Of a DNA stretch of 64,000 bases, positions 58,471 through 64,000 are shown piece by piece (the stretch's first letter is position 1; each line of letters opens with the position of its first letter). Location: contig CM022672.1 of NCBI GenBank assembly GCA_012295275.1, positions 31,248,001 through 31,312,000 on the forward strand, written 5' to 3'. The DNA is from Chrysomallon squamiferum. Taxonomy: Eukaryota; Animalia; Mollusca. Position numbers and translations under genes: made by a program. The notes below the pieces were generated by a model, which did no database searches, was not told the origin of the DNA, and saw only the letters and a program-made list of their open reading frames with translations.

Positions 58471-58784
58471 AAGACAAATCAGTGTAAAGCAGATGATATA
58501 TAACCAATTGTGAAGAACAAAATAATACACGGTGGAGGATGGCAGTGGTTTTGGTTAATATAATTTGTTTTTACTTTCAGTGCACCTAATGCTCCTGGCA
58601 TTGAGACGCAATATCGCTGAATGTGTCTGAACAATAATCTAATCTTAAACATGGCTTGTAGGTCACTTATAAGTCACTTTAAGGGCTGGTGGAAAGAAGT
58701 CTTGTAAACATGTCAGAATTTATTTATAAATAATTTGCATCCAAACAGGTAAAAATACCGTCATAAATGAGTATTGTAGAAAAG

Positions 58785-58815
<31 letters not shown>

Positions 58816-58863
58816 TATAAAAAAAAATAATTCAAATTAAGAATAAAAAAAAAAATAAAAAAT

Positions 58864-58894
<31 letters not shown>

Positions 58895-59099
58895 ATAAAA
58901 TAAAATAACATAAAATAAAAATAAAATAAAATAAAATTAAGAAATAATAAAATGATATACACTGAGTTCTATCTGGATTCTACTTTTGTAGAACACAAGA
59001 GCAGGGACGCATGATCCGAGCAGAATGTTTGTTAGAAATTACAAAAATGAATTGTGAAGCGTTAACATTTGTGGGTAGGAAATACGTCAGATAACGGAA

Positions 59100-63900
<4,801 letters not shown>

Positions 63901-64000
63901 AGATATTATATTATTTTGCAACTCAGGCCGGACTTCAGGGAATGAGGTTTTAGCTGAAATTGCATATTTATGTCGGATGATGCAGTTTTTCAGCCGGACT

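Overview
AT-rich, microsatellite-dense animal genomic DNA; an invertebrate, probably a lophotrochozoan or mollusc (inference from composition and gene content). Most ORF-track entries are low-complexity artefacts; the real genes are spliced and were rebuilt by hand from splice sites and reading phase. (1) A 19-coding-exon FUBP/KHSRP-family four-KH-domain gene on the minus strand (21307->6514, 682 aa). Its introns hold five paralogous H/ACA-box snoRNA candidates, whose pockets I can partly match to conserved 28S rRNA pseudouridine sites. (2) Head-to-head with it, a 6-exon PRDM12 orthologue (23752->32159, 278 aa) with four perfect GCM-type ATGCGGGT sites and an intronic hAT/Charlie transposon. 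FUBP3 and PRDM12 are also neighbours in human, suggesting ancient microsynteny. (3) A minus-strand locus with two candidate signal-peptide/coiled-coil leader exons and three tandem 3-exon GON-domain modules, no ADAMTS protease domain in view, and module 1 disabled. (4) A 2-exon membrane-anchored type-B carboxylesterase. Several minisatellites, repeated duplications of exon-intron junctions and an E-box/CRE-rich non-coding region complete the window.
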